Positions 36,353 through 50,400 of a stretch of DNA of 64,000 nt are shown in pieces (the first letter of the stretch is position 1; every line of letters starts with the position of its first letter). Under the pieces are notes generated by a model, which was given only the letters and a program-made list of their open reading frames with translations, had not been told where the DNA came from and ran no database searches. The translations under genes were made by a program, and so were the position numbers. The DNA comes from Amphiscolops sp. MND2022 (Eukaryota): NCBI GenBank assembly GCA_964187785.1, contig OZ076409.1:57290001-57354000 (forward strand), given 5' to 3'.

Positions 36353-39341
36353 CTAGAAAGATGGCGGAGGAAAAGGATAATTTGTTTTAGAATAAACTTT
36401 GGTAGGAGTTTCCGTACCATTTTTGACAGAAGTGTTATCAGCTCAATTGTCATGTCGAGTGGTTAAATTGTCATGTTGATTTGGATAATTGTCATGTTGA
36501 GTTGCATTGGTAGTAGAATAATTAGGTAGAGGTGGATTTTGTTGTTGTGAGGAAGGAAGTATAGGGATTCGATAATTAATTGTGGGTTGAGAAAGTGGTG
36601 ATCGTTTTTGGAAATAATTTAAATCTTGTCAAACGAAATTTGTTGGGACGTTTTGTATAGAAAGGTGAATGGGAAGTAATACCATTTGTTTCGTTAATTG
36701 AAGGTGTTTGATTGTCAGAAAAAGGATTTAAAGTGTCAGAAAAGTTATCTTGTGATTTAGAGGTTGGAAATGCTAACCTGGGCTTTTTTCGATGTGTATG
36801 ATTTTGGTCATTCACCATTTCAGGTGTGAGAATATTAAAGAAGCCATGTGCTATTGAACTAAATAAAGTAATGTTTTGTTTAAGAATATATTTAATTGCT
36901 GACGAAGTCAATGTGCATTGCAGTCCAGCTAAGTAAGTTTTTTTCCACAATAGTCAACTTCATTATGAGCGCCTTTTAGAAAAAAGCAAAAACCCCAGAG
37001 AGATTCGAACCTGCAGCCTCCCGATTGCACGGCATAAGTGTTGACCACTGTGCCATAGGGACGTCATTGAACAAAGTTGAACTGTTGAATATATACGCAT
37101 GCGATTAAAATAATATATTTACGCATATTAAAATAATCGATGTCTTCGTCATGTGTTGCGAAGCACCGCTTCGCCACTGTGTGGAAATTGTTTTGTATAT
37201 TTTTACAATGAGTGAGAGAGTTGCTTGTACGAAAAGAAATGTAGAAAAATGTATTCCACATTGAGTTAAAATACAACATGGTTATCCGAACAATGAAATG
37301 AAAGCATCTGAAAACCATGTAGGTGTAAAAAGAGCAGTAAGATTTATAAGTTTGTCATGTAACCCAATACGTAATGTATTGTTTGGATTTTCATGAGGAG
37401 ACTTTGTTTCATAGTTAGGTGTATTAGAAGAAATAAAGGAGTAACGAAGAGTTTTTTCCAAAGTTGAAGTGTGGAATCAGAATGTTTCGAAAATAGAATT
37501 CTCTTCCAAAATTGATGAAGTTCAGCATTAGAATATATGCCAGCATCTTGAGCTGTGAAAGTGTTAGGACGTATTGTAGTTTTATTTGAGAAGGTGTGAA
37601 CATTAATGGTGGTTTTCGTTTAATAGGTTCTGGTCCAAGATTGTAAAAATCTTGATCATCAGAATCAGGATCTAGTTCATTAATGTTCTTTGGAATATTA
37701 TCACATGCGAAAGAAGTTGCATAGTCATAAGTTTGTCTTGTAATTGGATCAACGTACATAAGAGTATTTTGAAGTGTATAGGTATACGATCAAAGCATCG
37801 GTCAGCTTTGTATAAAGGAGAATGAAAGTGTGGACAATCATAGAGCCAAGCAGTTGAACCTTCAACATATAAGAAGTTACTTCTGTTTCCTGTTAAAAGG
37901 AAGCCAGCAAGTTTAGGATTTTGAACTGTCATTGCTAGTATTGTAAGGAGCTGGTTTCATTCCAATTCGCAGACTGTTTGAAGAGTATTAAGTTCTTGTA
38001 CTGTAATTGAACGAAAAACATGGTTAATAGTGTAATCATTTTTTGTAATTATATGGGCGTCATAATCTATTGGTGCAAAGTTGTTTGAAACATTTGTTGC
38101 AGGAAAAATAATTTTGTTATTAGAGTTGTCTAGTACATTTTAACCAGAAATATATTCGTTAATCATAAGATTGGGGATTTGGTTGTCCTGTATGCTTATT
38201 AAAACCATCTGTATAGGTTTCAAAGAGGTCAGAATATTTTGTAGAATAAAGGGGGTCAGGTTTACCACAGAAAGTTTGAGCATTTGGAAATACTTCAAAA
38301 CGTGAAAGACTTGGGTTATTTGGGTTTTGTGTATGTGGAGCTTGTACATTAGGGTGTATTGTACCTTTAATACCAGAAGTTGCCTCAGGTTTTGTTGAGT
38401 GTGAAGAGTGTACAAAACAATCAGTTTCAATCCAATAGCGATCTTGAAGTTTTGTCATTCGTCCAATAAAGTCTTGTAGTGTAAAAATTAAACAAAAATC
38501 ATCACTAAACCAAACAAGGGTGAAAGAAGTTTTGGTAGTTGGTTTGCAAAAAACATCTGCAAAATTGCAGGGTAAGGTATGTCCATCTATTATCATAACG
38601 TTTTCTGTATCGTCATATGTAAGTTCAAGTTCAGAAACTTCTAGTCGCCAACTGACTAGATTTACTTCGTATCGATGATGAGCGGGACAGTTGTGATAAG
38701 GGTTTCTATTTAGGTCATCTATCCAATCTTCGTCACCAGGCATAAAGGTGAAGACCTGTGTACATTTTGTTCAATTTGTATACTGATTTATATACTGTAA
38801 AAGGGGTCTGAAATTGTTCTAAACGTTCGTGAAAGTAGTGGTCTTCTAAAAGTGTAAAAGTTTTGTTGTAGTGTAAATTGTTTGATATTTTTTTATTTGT
38901 ACCATTTAGATGTCTAATAATATTCTTGCATTCTAACGGATCAAGGGTAACAAGAAGTGGCATAGTGTTATGGTTCCATACAGTTCTATCAACACGTCGA
39001 TATTTGACTGAGCCTTGAAAACAAGTTTTTTTTCCTTTTGGCATAGGCGACACATTGGTAGGCTTTAATGCGTTTAGCTTTTGCTCTGACATAGACTCGG
39101 GCTTCAACACTGGCGTGTTGTGTGTTTGAAGGAGCTTCTGTACATTGTTTCACATTGAGTAATTTAAATTGTCTTAAATTATATTACTTGGCGCAATCAT
39201 AATGGGAAACCATAAGGTTTGTAGTATTTGGATCGTCTGATGGGAGCTAGTCGTCTGTATCTGTTGATGATATAGATACAGAAGTTGTAGAAGTTATTAG
39301 GTATGAATAGAGTAATATATTAGTTGTATAGAGGAATACAT
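36353..39341 (-). pseudogene. env: env-like glycoprotein, probably class III fusion type (chuvirus G / herpes gB-like)
   Basis: Hydrophobic leader; VSHYDC..YNLRQFKLLNVKQC; VTLDPLECKN; TVCELE.NQLLTILAM.VQNPKLAGFLL; AWLYDC; RCFDRIPI..YVDPITRQ; C-terminal hydrophobic anchor and cytoplasmic tail. Confidence 0.7.
36898..37183 (+). mobile_element. 286-bp Helitron2/HINE-like insertion (family C) interrupting env; carries a tRNA-like unit on the minus strand (~37062-36990)
   Basis: 5' TGACGAAGTCA vs 3' TGTCTTCGTCA inverted motif; perfect hairpin GCGAAGC-ACC-GCTTCGC; removing it rejoins env as KTIS|IKYIL; no TSD. Confidence 0.65.
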
Positions 39342-39346
39342 AAAGT

Positions 39347-42300
39347 CTAAAATGAAGTTGTGTATTTAGGTCCAGAATAGGGGTCGTAAAACACGATTTT
39401 GCCATATGTCAAAAAGGGAATATTAGGATCTCGTTCAAAATCTATGTGTACACTTTCAAAAAGAGCAGGAGTAGTATTGTGTTCTATTTTAGCAACGTGA
39501 AATACTGGATGCGGGTTGAAACCTTGAAATGTGACTTTAACTTCAAACTTTATTTCTAGATTTGGATTGAGAAGTCATTTAAGTTCTGTTTCTTTTCTTT
39601 CGTGTGAAAGCAAATTGTTATTTGCAATAAAGCGTTCTGTGAGGATTGGAAAACGGGGATCGTGTGATGGATCGTATATAGTAGTTCCGTCAACTCGAAT
39701 GGGGTAATCTGCAAAATTAGGAGTTGGAGGTCTAGAGTGTTCTGCAGTATAATATTCAGGTCTTCTAATATGTGCAGGTACAGGAGTAGGTATTAAAACT
39801 TCAGAAAAAAAGTTTCCTGAAAGGAAAGCAGTTTGAGCGTCCGATGATAGTAATGAAGCGGTATCTAGACCAAATGTAAAATATGATTAGGGATCAAATT
39901 CCGAAGGGAGCGTTTCGGAAGTTAGAGGTTGAGCGTGTTGTCTTGCAAGTCGTAGAGCAGAATTACCTAAGAGCAGAAAAATTAGGTGTTGAAGTGTCTG
40001 TACTAAGTCGACGTGAAGGGAGGTTTCTGAGGTTATATCTATGATGTGGGACAAAAAGTGAACTTGTGGATTCTTGTTACGGTATGTATTCAGAAGTATT
40101 GTCTAAAAGGTTACATAGTGATGTAGACGGTTTGCAAAGTGGTTTCAGTGGCGGTTATAGTTTTGAAGAGGTTGTACTGATTTCTGATGGCAATTGTAAT
40201 GGAGGTTATTGTGTGTATTCAGTATCGGGAATATGTACAAGATTGAGTTGAGGTTGAAGTCTACGAGTTTTAATATCGGTAGAATGTTTGTAATTTACGT
40301 TCAACAGATGGTTTGGTATGTGTACTAAAGGAGTATTACTGGGTGATGTTTGAGAACGGGAAGTAATAGGAATTTCGGTTATTGGTGCTCGGCTTGTAAT
40401 AGATGAAGATGATACAGAAGATGTGTCAGTGTCAGTGATTAGTGATCTTGTTCTTTTACAAGGTGGTAGAGGAGTTACATTGCGAGTTTGGGATGTAGTA
40501 GTGATTTGAGATTCAGTATTAGAAGATAGACTTGGAGCTGAAGGAGATGTATCAGAAGAAGAATCCAGGATTATAGTGTATACTTGAAATGTCTTCACCT
40601 AGGGTATGTTCAGTTTCAAGTTTCGATCATTTTCGGTCGACTAGTTTTCATTGAGTTAGAAGAGTGAATGGTTATTTGTAGAGTTTTGAAGGTGGTATAT
40701 AGAGTCTGTAATCCATTTGTGGTTGACGTCTCAGAGTGTAATGAGTTTTGGTAGTTCTGTCTATTGGAGAAGGAAGTAAATTAGATTGGTCTTGGGATAA
40801 GTGTCGGGATATGTCAATAGAGACGTCAGTCTGAGGAGTATTACTTATCTATTTGAAAGGTGAGTTGTCTTAGAGTTTGTTAGGTGAGTTGTCATTTGAG
40901 GAAGGAGTTGGACATTCGTAATTTGATGTATTTAATGGTGTCGTAGGTTTTTGAAGTGATTCATCATCAGAAGTTGATTCGTCGGAATTAAAAGGGGGAG
41001 AGTCACTATTTGCATATTTAATAGGTTTTGGAATGTGAAATTGAGTGGAGTCTGAGAAACGCATGAAACTACGCAAATGTGGGTACAAAAGTTGGTTCTT
41101 CTGGGTAGTAAGGGATTGAGTGGTTTCTGTGAACGTGTCCTGTGGAGCCATCTTGTGAAAGAAGTTCATAGGTGACGTCAGATAATCTATCAAGAATTTT
41201 GTATGATCCTATCCGAAGCGGTTTTAGTTTACCAGAGTATTGAACGTGAGAGAAGTTTCGTTTTAAAACAAATGTACCAAAAGGGAGTGGTTTACCTTCG
41301 TGGTAAGTTTTTGTAATATATGCATGTGAGGTAATTTTTTGAGACTGTTTTCATATACTGTAGAATATATTTGTAACAGCAGTCTCTACAGCAAGAAACC
41401 ATTGTGGAATGGGTTTTGACAAAGTTCTATAGAAGAAAGGGTTCAAATCTGTTTTGTCATAATGGGAGTGTTCTGGAAGATGAGAACAATATGTAGAGAT
41501 ACATGTTTTAGAAGTATTACGGTTGAGGTTCAAGTCAAAGGTAAGAGGAATTCTGGGTAGTGTGTGAAAGACAATTTCATGAGAAGAAACATTGAGTTCT
41601 GAAAGTGGTTGTGAATTATGTTCATAAGCATACATGTGAACTATGAAAGCCCAACCTTTAGGAGTGTCGTGGAGAAACATTCGAAGGTGTGTGCCAAGAT
41701 TTCTGGGTTGTACTTCTACAAGACCATTTGTCCAAGGAGAATAAGCTGTTCTGGGAGAGTGTTTAATTTCCAAAGGCGTACCAAGATGTGCCATTTCTTT
41801 ATTAGCATATTCTGAACCTCGATCAGTAACAAGATATATGAGTGGTCCAAATTTAATGATCCAATGATGTAACAGAGTTTTTATAGCAGTTTTGGCGTTA
41901 TTTGATTTGATTGGTATTGTAACCACAAAGAGTCTGAAGGCGTCAATTATGACATGAATGTAAGATTTGTTGTGTGAAGGGGGATTGATAGGTCCTTTTG
42001 TATCCATAGCAATACGGCAGTTGAAGATGGAGCATGTTCTGAAAAAAATTGTGTTGGAGCAGTTTGGATTTTCATATTGAAGTGATTGTTCCGTTGACAT
42101 TCTTTAGAGTCATGGATGAAAATTGAGAGCCATTTTTCAAGGAATGGGATGTAGTAATATTGAGAAAATGTATTGTATGTGATTTTGATTTTTTTGTGAG
42201 AGTGGTCATGGAGTTTATTGAAGACTGTTCGAAATATGCGAAATGGAAGACAGATTCGGATTGTATCACGTATGATAATTGGAGAAGAGGTTTGATTTGT

Positions 42301-45300
42301 TGCAGGAGAATTCGCATTTGTTGTGTAAAAGCTAATGAGATTTGTGGAGTTTTCTCTGGATAGTTGTGAAAATCGCTTGTAATATGCATGTAAAAAAGGA
42401 GTGCCAGTGATGAGGAGATTAAGAAGTTCTGGCTTGTCATTACGAGTTAACCAAGAATATACAGTTCGAAGAACTGGGTCTTGGGATTGTTGTTGTTGAA
42501 GAGTTTTGAGGTCTAATGAATAATCGTCAGGGAGAAAGAAACCTTGAAAATACTTTTTGCATTTGAAAAAGGATGTATCATAGAATGGTATTATTTGTGA
42601 ACAATGGGTGGTAGGGCGAGAATGTGATAGTACAATTATTGCTGATGCAGATGGTGGACATTGGTGTTTTTATATTTGAGTAACTTTCAGTTTTATCATG
42701 TAAAGTGTTATCTGAAGTTAAAGATTAGTCTTGTTTTGGAATTTTGGTATATATATGTTCTTCATCATTACTTCTAATATCAGTATCATTGAGTAAAAGA
42801 GATTGTTGATGAAGTGATTTGTTGTCCTTTTTGACAGGTGCCTTAAATTTTGTTTGAAATGTAGTTACAGATTTGAATGAAAAGGAGTTTAAGGGTTTGA
42901 CGATAATATCTTTTCCCTTGTTATTTATTCGTATCGAAAATTGGTCTGTTCCATAATCAGCAAGTATTGGATGGGAGTCATTTTTTTGATGTGGTAAAAC
43001 TTCATGTTCAATTAAGTAATGTTCGGGTTCGAGTGTACCATCTTGTAATATAGCAAAATCGATTTGTTGTGGAAGTTGTTTGTGTTTCAATTGGTTAAGT
43101 TGAAGTTCAGCTTTCGCAAAAGAATGACTCAACATGTCGGTTTTGAAAACTTTGTTAATTGCATTTGAGCTCTATAAAAACGTGGACCGAGGTTACTTTT
43201 TTTGTAAAGCAATGTGGTTTGTGATCAGTGAAGACTTGTATTGGATGTGGGGAACCAATAATAAGAAAACTGTATATCTGAAAAGCGTGTACTATACCAA
43301 GGAGTTCACGATCGAGTGTAGAAAGTTTTTGTTCTTGTGGGTTCAATATACGAGAGTTGTAAGATATAACTTTCGTTTTATTTTCTTCGTTCAATTGGAA
43401 AAGAACAGCACCTATTCCAATAAGTGAAGTGTCTACTGTAATGAAAAATGGATGTTTTTTATTTGGTTTGGTAAGTTCTGTGTCAGAAGTGAGAGACGTT
43501 TTGAGATTTTGGAAAAGCGTTTCGTGTTCATCTGTCCATTTCCATGGGGTATTTTCATGTAAAAGATCGTAAAATGGTTTGAGATTAAGGTGTAGTTTTT
43601 CAATAATTTTTGTGTAGAAGTTAAGTGCACCAATGAAACTCATGAGAGCGACTTTTCCAGTAGAAGAAGGAATTTTGTGGATACCTGCACATTTTCTCAA
43701 GTTTCCTTTAGGTATAATAATGAGAGGGTTTAGATAAGTTGTACCATAAACTGGTTTGTCTTGTGGTGATGGACCAATTTGTTTTAAAATGTTATATTTT
43801 TCAAGTTCTTCAAGAAGAGCATTGAGTTAATCAGGGTAATGAATTGGTACTTTGGAAGGACGTTAGTTAATAAGTTGTGCATTGTGTTTCAATCGAATTC
43901 GAAAGGGAGTTGCAATTTTGCCAATATCATTTTTATGTGTTGCATAACATGTTTTGTATTTAAGTAGTAAGTTGCAAAGTGTAATGTACTCGGTATCGGT
44001 AAGGTCAGAGAACTGAAAGTTTACTTTGGTAATAAATTTGAGCTTTTCCGTAGTATATGATAGTGATGGGAAAACTTGATGTTTGGATGTATGTGAAGTA
44101 GGTTGTACGTTATATAGAGAAGTGTTTGTCTGGTTATATAGAATCATTGTTTGGTTGTGTAGTTTGTTGTGGTTGGAGTTCTTGAGTTGTAAGCGTATTT
44201 GATGTATATAGTGTAAAGGTATTGTCCTGATTTGTATAATGAATGGTGTCATTAGGAGTTTGATCATTTACGTGAGTTTGTGTTATGTTGTGAACTGGAT
44301 ATTGTATAATATTTGAACCATCAGTTATTGTAATACTTTGTGGATTATTCGTGGTTTCCTCAGAGAACTCTGTTACATTTTGTATTGTAGCTGTTTCAAA
44401 AGGGTCTGGCATGTTGTTGAAGTGTGTAGTTTCTGGGATTTGAAATATTTCTGTAGTGTCATCTTGATTGGTAAAAAAAAATTCTGTCCAGTATCATGTT
44501 GTAATATATGAGGGATATGTTCATCAGGCAAAGGTTCAGAAGTGAAAATAGGATTAGTATAAGGACGATTATCCGATGTTTGAGAATGTTTTATAATGAA
44601 ATTAGTATTATAATTGGTTAGTTCAAAATAAGTTATGTTAAATGAAAGAGGATCTCTATAGTAACAATGATTTTTGTATTTTTAATTATGAATGGTATCA
44701 ATTCAGTTTCTGGTAATGCCTTTGGGAAGTTAATGTAGGCATTCTGGTCTTGTTGTTTCCATATTAATTGGTAATTAAACCGGAAGAATTACAACAGGAT
44801 GTGTGAAAAGACTTTTTTTGTGGTATTGTATCTTCATTAGGTATAATGTTTTGGAAGAATCTGTATTGAAATTGTTTAATTTGTGCTTTATCTTGTTGTA
44901 ATCGATGATGAGGTTTATTGTGTCGTGTTATTGTGGTTTCGAGATCTGGTACTTCAAAATATTCATGTTTTCCTTTAAGACTTTCTAGGTGAGAAAGAAG
45001 ATTTACTGGTGTTTCTAGATTTTCATTACGTTCTATAAGTTCATGTATGTAATGAAAACTTCTTGTATAGATAAAGCTATATTTTGTGGATGGATTGTTC
45101 TATAATATGTTCCTGTATTTAAAACTTGAACTGGGTTTAAAATGATAGCGTGTACTATACCAAGGAGTTCACGATCGATTGTAGAAAGTTTTTGTTCTTG
45201 TGGGGTCAATATACGAGAGTTGTAAGATAAAACTTTCGTTTTATTTTCTTCATTCAATTGGAAAAGAACAGCACCTAATCCAATAAGTGAAGTGTCTACT

Positions 45301-47470
45301 GTAATGAAAAATGGATGTTTTGTATTTGGCATGGTAAGTTCTGTGTCAGAAGTGAGAGACGTTTTGAGATTTTGGAAAAGCGTTTCGTGTTCATCTGTCC
45401 ATTTCCATGGGGTATTTTCATGTAAAAGATCGTAAATTGGTTTGAGATTAATGTGTAGTTTTTCAATAAGTTTTGTGAAGAAGTTAAGTGCACCAATGAA
45501 ACTCATGAGAGCGACTTTTCCAGTAGAAGAAGGAATTTTGTGGATAGCTGCAATTTTTGAGCGATAAGGTTTAATTGTATTGTAACCAATTTCATGTCCA
45601 ACGAATTTAACCTTAAGAAGCATGAAAAAAGATTTTTCTGGGGCCAACTTGAGGTTGTTTTTTGTACTGATAATTTGGAGTTGTTCTATAAGTTGAAACA
45701 TGTGTTCTTTAGAGTTTGATAAAAGTAAAATATCGTTAATATGAACTAGAGCAAGACCTTGTTCGATAAGAGTTTTGAAGAAGGTTGACATTTGTTTTGT
45801 GAAAAAATTTGGAAGTCTTTCGAGACCAAAAAAGCCTCGTACGAAAGCGAAGAATTTATCACCAGATGAGAAACTTGTAAGTTTTATGGTTTCTTCGTCA
45901 AGGGGTGTTTGTGCATAGACGTACTTGAGGTCAATTGCACATTTATACTTTTTATTTGCGCGTGCTAATTGGGGAGCAAGATGTTCAATACGCCATGATT
46001 CATCAGATTGTTCTGTGTTTGAGTTAAGATGTCGAGCGTCTAATACACATTTTCTCAAGTCTCCTTCAGGTATAATAATGAGAGGGTTTAGATAAGTTGT
46101 ACCATAAACTGGTTTGTCTTGTGGTGATGGACCAATTTGTTTTATAATGTTATATTTTTCAAGTTCTTCAAGAAGAGCATTAAGTTAATCAGGGTAATGA
46201 ATTGGTACTTTGGAAGGACGTTAGTTAATAAGTTGTGCATTGTGTTTTAATCGAATTCGAAAGGGAGTTGCAATTTTGCCAACATCATTTTTATGTGTTG
46301 CATAACATGTTTTGTATTTAAGTAGTAAGTTGCAAAGTGTAATGTACTCGGTATCGGTAAGGTCAGAGAACTGAAAGTTTACTTTGGTAATAAATTTGAG
46401 CTTTTCCGTAGTATATGGTAGTGATGGGAAAACTCAATGTTTGGATGTATGTGAAGTAGGTTGTACGTTATATAGAGAAGTGTTTGTCGGTATATCATGA
46501 TGTGTCATGTACAATTGGTGTAGCGAAAAATGATGGAAAAGGGTTGTATCATCTTTATATTGTGAGGAGTATTTAGTTTGTCGAATAATTTCTGTAATTT
46601 CAAAATGGATTGTATGGGTGACATTATGTATTAAAGTGTTAATATCAGTAACATGATAATATTTGGGTTTTTAGTTTGTAACTGGAATTTCAATATATCC
46701 AATGTGTCCTGTAGGTAGTGTTGCAATATGATTTGTAGATTTTTGTATAAGAGTTGATCATGTGTCTGGTTTGTCTTCTGTGAAAATTTCTATAAAGTTG
46801 AATGTTGTACGAAATTTAGTAGAAAACTGTGTGGAACTGTAGGAACGAGTTGATTTTGTGGTGTAGTTTGAAAACGTAAATAATAGTAGTTCTTTATTGG
46901 GAAGTGTGCAATTTTGGAAGAGTTGGGTTTCAAACTTATTTGTGTTTTAGAACTAGTTCTACAAATGTAAGAAAAGTATGGGTAATCTTTTGATAAATAC
47001 GATGAAAATTTTGTATAGTTAGGATATGCTGTTGAATTGTGTTTAAATTGTAATGTAAAGTCTTGTATGTTTATATTTTGTATGTTTTCCTCAAAGAAGG
47101 GTGTTCCAAGAATATTGTATGTTATATCTGCTGTTTCAAACGGTATTGTAAATTGACGACAATCGTCTTCAATCGTTGTATTTAAGGTGATAGTAACATA
47201 GTGTAGGATGGGTACTTCAGTTTGGTTTGCGACAGTTAATGTTTTTGAAGGGTTGGGTGTACTGTTTTAATTAATATTTAGGAGTCTTGCAATAGTATTA
47301 TATTTGGGATAGTTTAATACCGATATAGAAGCACCACTATCTAAAAGAAATGATTTTTCTAATCTGGATGGATTTCCACGTTGAATCTGAGTTGATGGTG
47401 TATGGGTATAAAAAGAATAGAACCAACTTGTAGGTGTTACGGCATTTGCCATCTCAGTTGGGTGATACAT
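39347..47470 (-). pseudogene. pol: pol: protease, RT, RNase H (partly duplicated), integrase and long C-terminal extension
   Basis: LLDSGASISVL (PR); CVLDARHLN, AIDL, degenerate HINDILL (RT); FITVDTSLIGLGAVLFQ and ELLGIVHA (RH); AMDTKGP, IIDAF, LVTDRGSEY, SPWTNGLVE and a GPY-like motif (IN). Confidence 0.88.
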
Positions 47471-47479
47471 GTGTACTTC

Positions 47480-50400
47480 AAATTTAAATGGGTCTGTTTG
47501 ATGTTGTGATTGTATTGTATCAAGTTCATTTCTTGTATTTGAATGTGAACGTGATCTAGAATATCTAGAATCTCGTGGTCTTTAAGGTTGTCTATAGGAC
47601 GATGTGTATCTTGTAAAATTGTTGTTATTTCTTGAATAGGAACGTGATCTATATCGATGACGAGAGTCTTGTCTATAAGGAGATCTATAAGAAGATCTAT
47701 AAGGAGAACAGTATGATCGGGAATCTCTTCTGTAGTTGTCATATCGTGATCGAGTGTTTTGTGGAGTAGTATTTTTGTCATAGCTGAATCGCTCTCTTGA
47801 TGTAGAGCGATATCTGTTTTGTGAGTTTGTTTTTGTTATAAAAATTAGTTCGTGACGTACTTCTGTTTCTTTAGCGTTTATCATGTCTTTCTGTTCTATC
47901 GTTAGAGGGCGAACCAAAGTACTGAACAAATGATTTTTGAGGAGATTTCGATCGAGCGTAAGCATCTCGTTTATCTTCATATTCTCGTTGTTTTTTGAAA
48001 CAGGCAGAGATGGAGTGGTTTGTTCTATGACAGTAAGAACAATATTTTTTATAGGCAGGTTTATTATTATTATTTGGGTCGCGAGGTTGTGTAAACATAA
48101 GTTGTTCTTGTTGAGAAGAGTCAAGAGTTTGAGTTTGTAATTGATTTGTAATGTTCAGTTCTAGTGCAAGATCATGTGTTCTAGTTTTATCATTCGCGAT
48201 GTCTTCGGCATCAAAGAGTTTTACGAGTGTATGAAAGGGAAGAGAGGGTTCTAAAACAGTAGAGGTGTGTTTCACTTGTCGTTTGTTATCAAAGTCTTCA
48301 AGGTTTTGAGGAAGTCTTTTTGTGAATATTTCGTTACATTTCAAATTAATTGTAGATGCATTCTCTTTACACCAGCCTTTTTCAACTAGCTGTGCAAAAT
48401 GACGTACTGTTTCGTTATCTTTTTTAGTAAGGTTGAGGGCTTCAACTTGAGCATAGTAGGCGTATTTCTGTGATGAAAATTGCTTGTTAAAAGCTTGTAC
48501 AAAGGCGTGCCAATCTTGTTTAGAAGTGTCGTTTAAACGGATATACCAGCTTAGAGCTGTACCTGTTAAAGAGCATTGTATGAAAGCCATTCTTCGAGCG
48601 TGCCAAAATATATATTCGTGGTCAGACGTAAGTTGTAAACCCAAGGAGAATGTTACACGTGCTTCAATATGTTGTAAGTATTCTTCAGGTGTATAGTTAT
48701 GATTTTGGCCATCAAAGGGTTTAATAGGTTCAGAAATTGATGTAGAAGAATTTATGTATGTTGGTTGTGAAATTGTAGGTTGAGATATTGTAGATGGGGG
48801 AATTGTATTGTATGTAGGTATATTGGAGGTGTTAGACGGTATATTTGGTGGATTTATAACAGGTTGTCAATATGTGGCATTTATGTAAGGATCAGTTCTA
48901 ATAGTTGTGGATGGAGGATTGGGTATCTGAATTTGAGTGTTATGTAATCTTCGTAATGTATTTGATTGTGGAGATGTGGAAGAAAGATTTAGAGTTTTGG
49001 GCTCGTTGTTGTTTGTTATAGTTGGTTGTATGTTATTAGGGTTTGTACTAATGAGACTATACGATAAGGGGTTAGTTGGGATAGTTTGTAATGGAGGTCT
49101 AGAAAGATATCTAGAGGTAGTATAGTTGGGCAACGGATTAGACTGGAGAAGAATTTTTTGTTAATGCAGGTTGCAGATTTCGTGTTTGAGTAGTTAGAGC
49201 TGGGGTCTATGCTAACGTTGGTACTTCTGGTTGTGTTGTAGGAGTTGTTGTTTGAAATTGTACAGTATTTGTGACTTGAGTATTGGAAGATCCTTGTTGA
49301 GTAGAATTATGTGGAGTAGTTAGAGGAGAATATTGTGAAGGAGGAGGAGGAGGATCATTGTTTGGTTGTGTAGTTTGTTGTGGTTGGAGTTCTTGAGTTG
49401 TAAGCGTATTTGATGTATATAGTGTAGAGGTATTGTCCTGATTTGTATAATGAATGGTGTCATTAGGATTTTGATCATTTACGTGAGTTTGTAGTATGTT
49501 GTGAACTGGATTTTGTATAATATTTGAACCATCAGTTATTGTAATACTTTGTGGAATTTTCGTGGTTTCCTCAGAGAACTCTGATACATTTTGTGTTGTA
49601 GCTGTTTCAGAAGGGTCTGGCATGTTGTTGAAGTGTGTAGTTTCTGGGATTTGAAATAATTCTGTAGTGTCATCTTGATTGGTAAAAAAATAATCTGTCC
49701 AGTATCATGTTGTGATATATGAGGGTTATGTTCATCAGCCAAAGATTCAGAAGTGAAATTAGGATTAGTATGAGGACGATTATCTGATGTGTGAGAATGT
49801 TTTATAATGAAACTAGTATTATAATTGATTAGTTCAAAATAAGTTTTGTTAAATGAAAGAGGATCTCTATAGTAACAATATTTTTTGTATTTTTAATTAT
49901 GAATGGTAGTAATTCAGTTTCTGGTAATGCCTTTGGGAAGTTAATGTAGGCATTCTGGTCTTGTTGTTCCCATATTAATTGGTAATTAAATCGGAAGAAT
50001 TACAACAGGATGTGTGAAAAGACTTTTTTGTGGTATTGTATCTTCATTAGGTATAATGTTTTTAAAGAATCTGTATTGAAATTGTTTAATTTGTGCTTTA
50101 TCTTGTTGTAATCAATGATGAGGTTTATTATGTCGTGTAATTGTGGTTTCGAGATCTGGTACTTCAAAATATTCATGTTTTCCTTTAAGACTTTCTAGGT
50201 GAGAAAGAAGATTTACTGGTGTTTCTAGATTTTCATTACGTTCTACAAGTTCTTGTATGAAATGAAAACTTCTTGTATAGATAAAGCTATATTTTGTGGA
50301 TGGATTGTTCTTTAATATGTTCCTGTATTTATATCTTGATCTGGGTTTAAAATGATTTGGAATGGATTTTGGGAACGTAAAGGTTCTAGTGTTTTGTATG

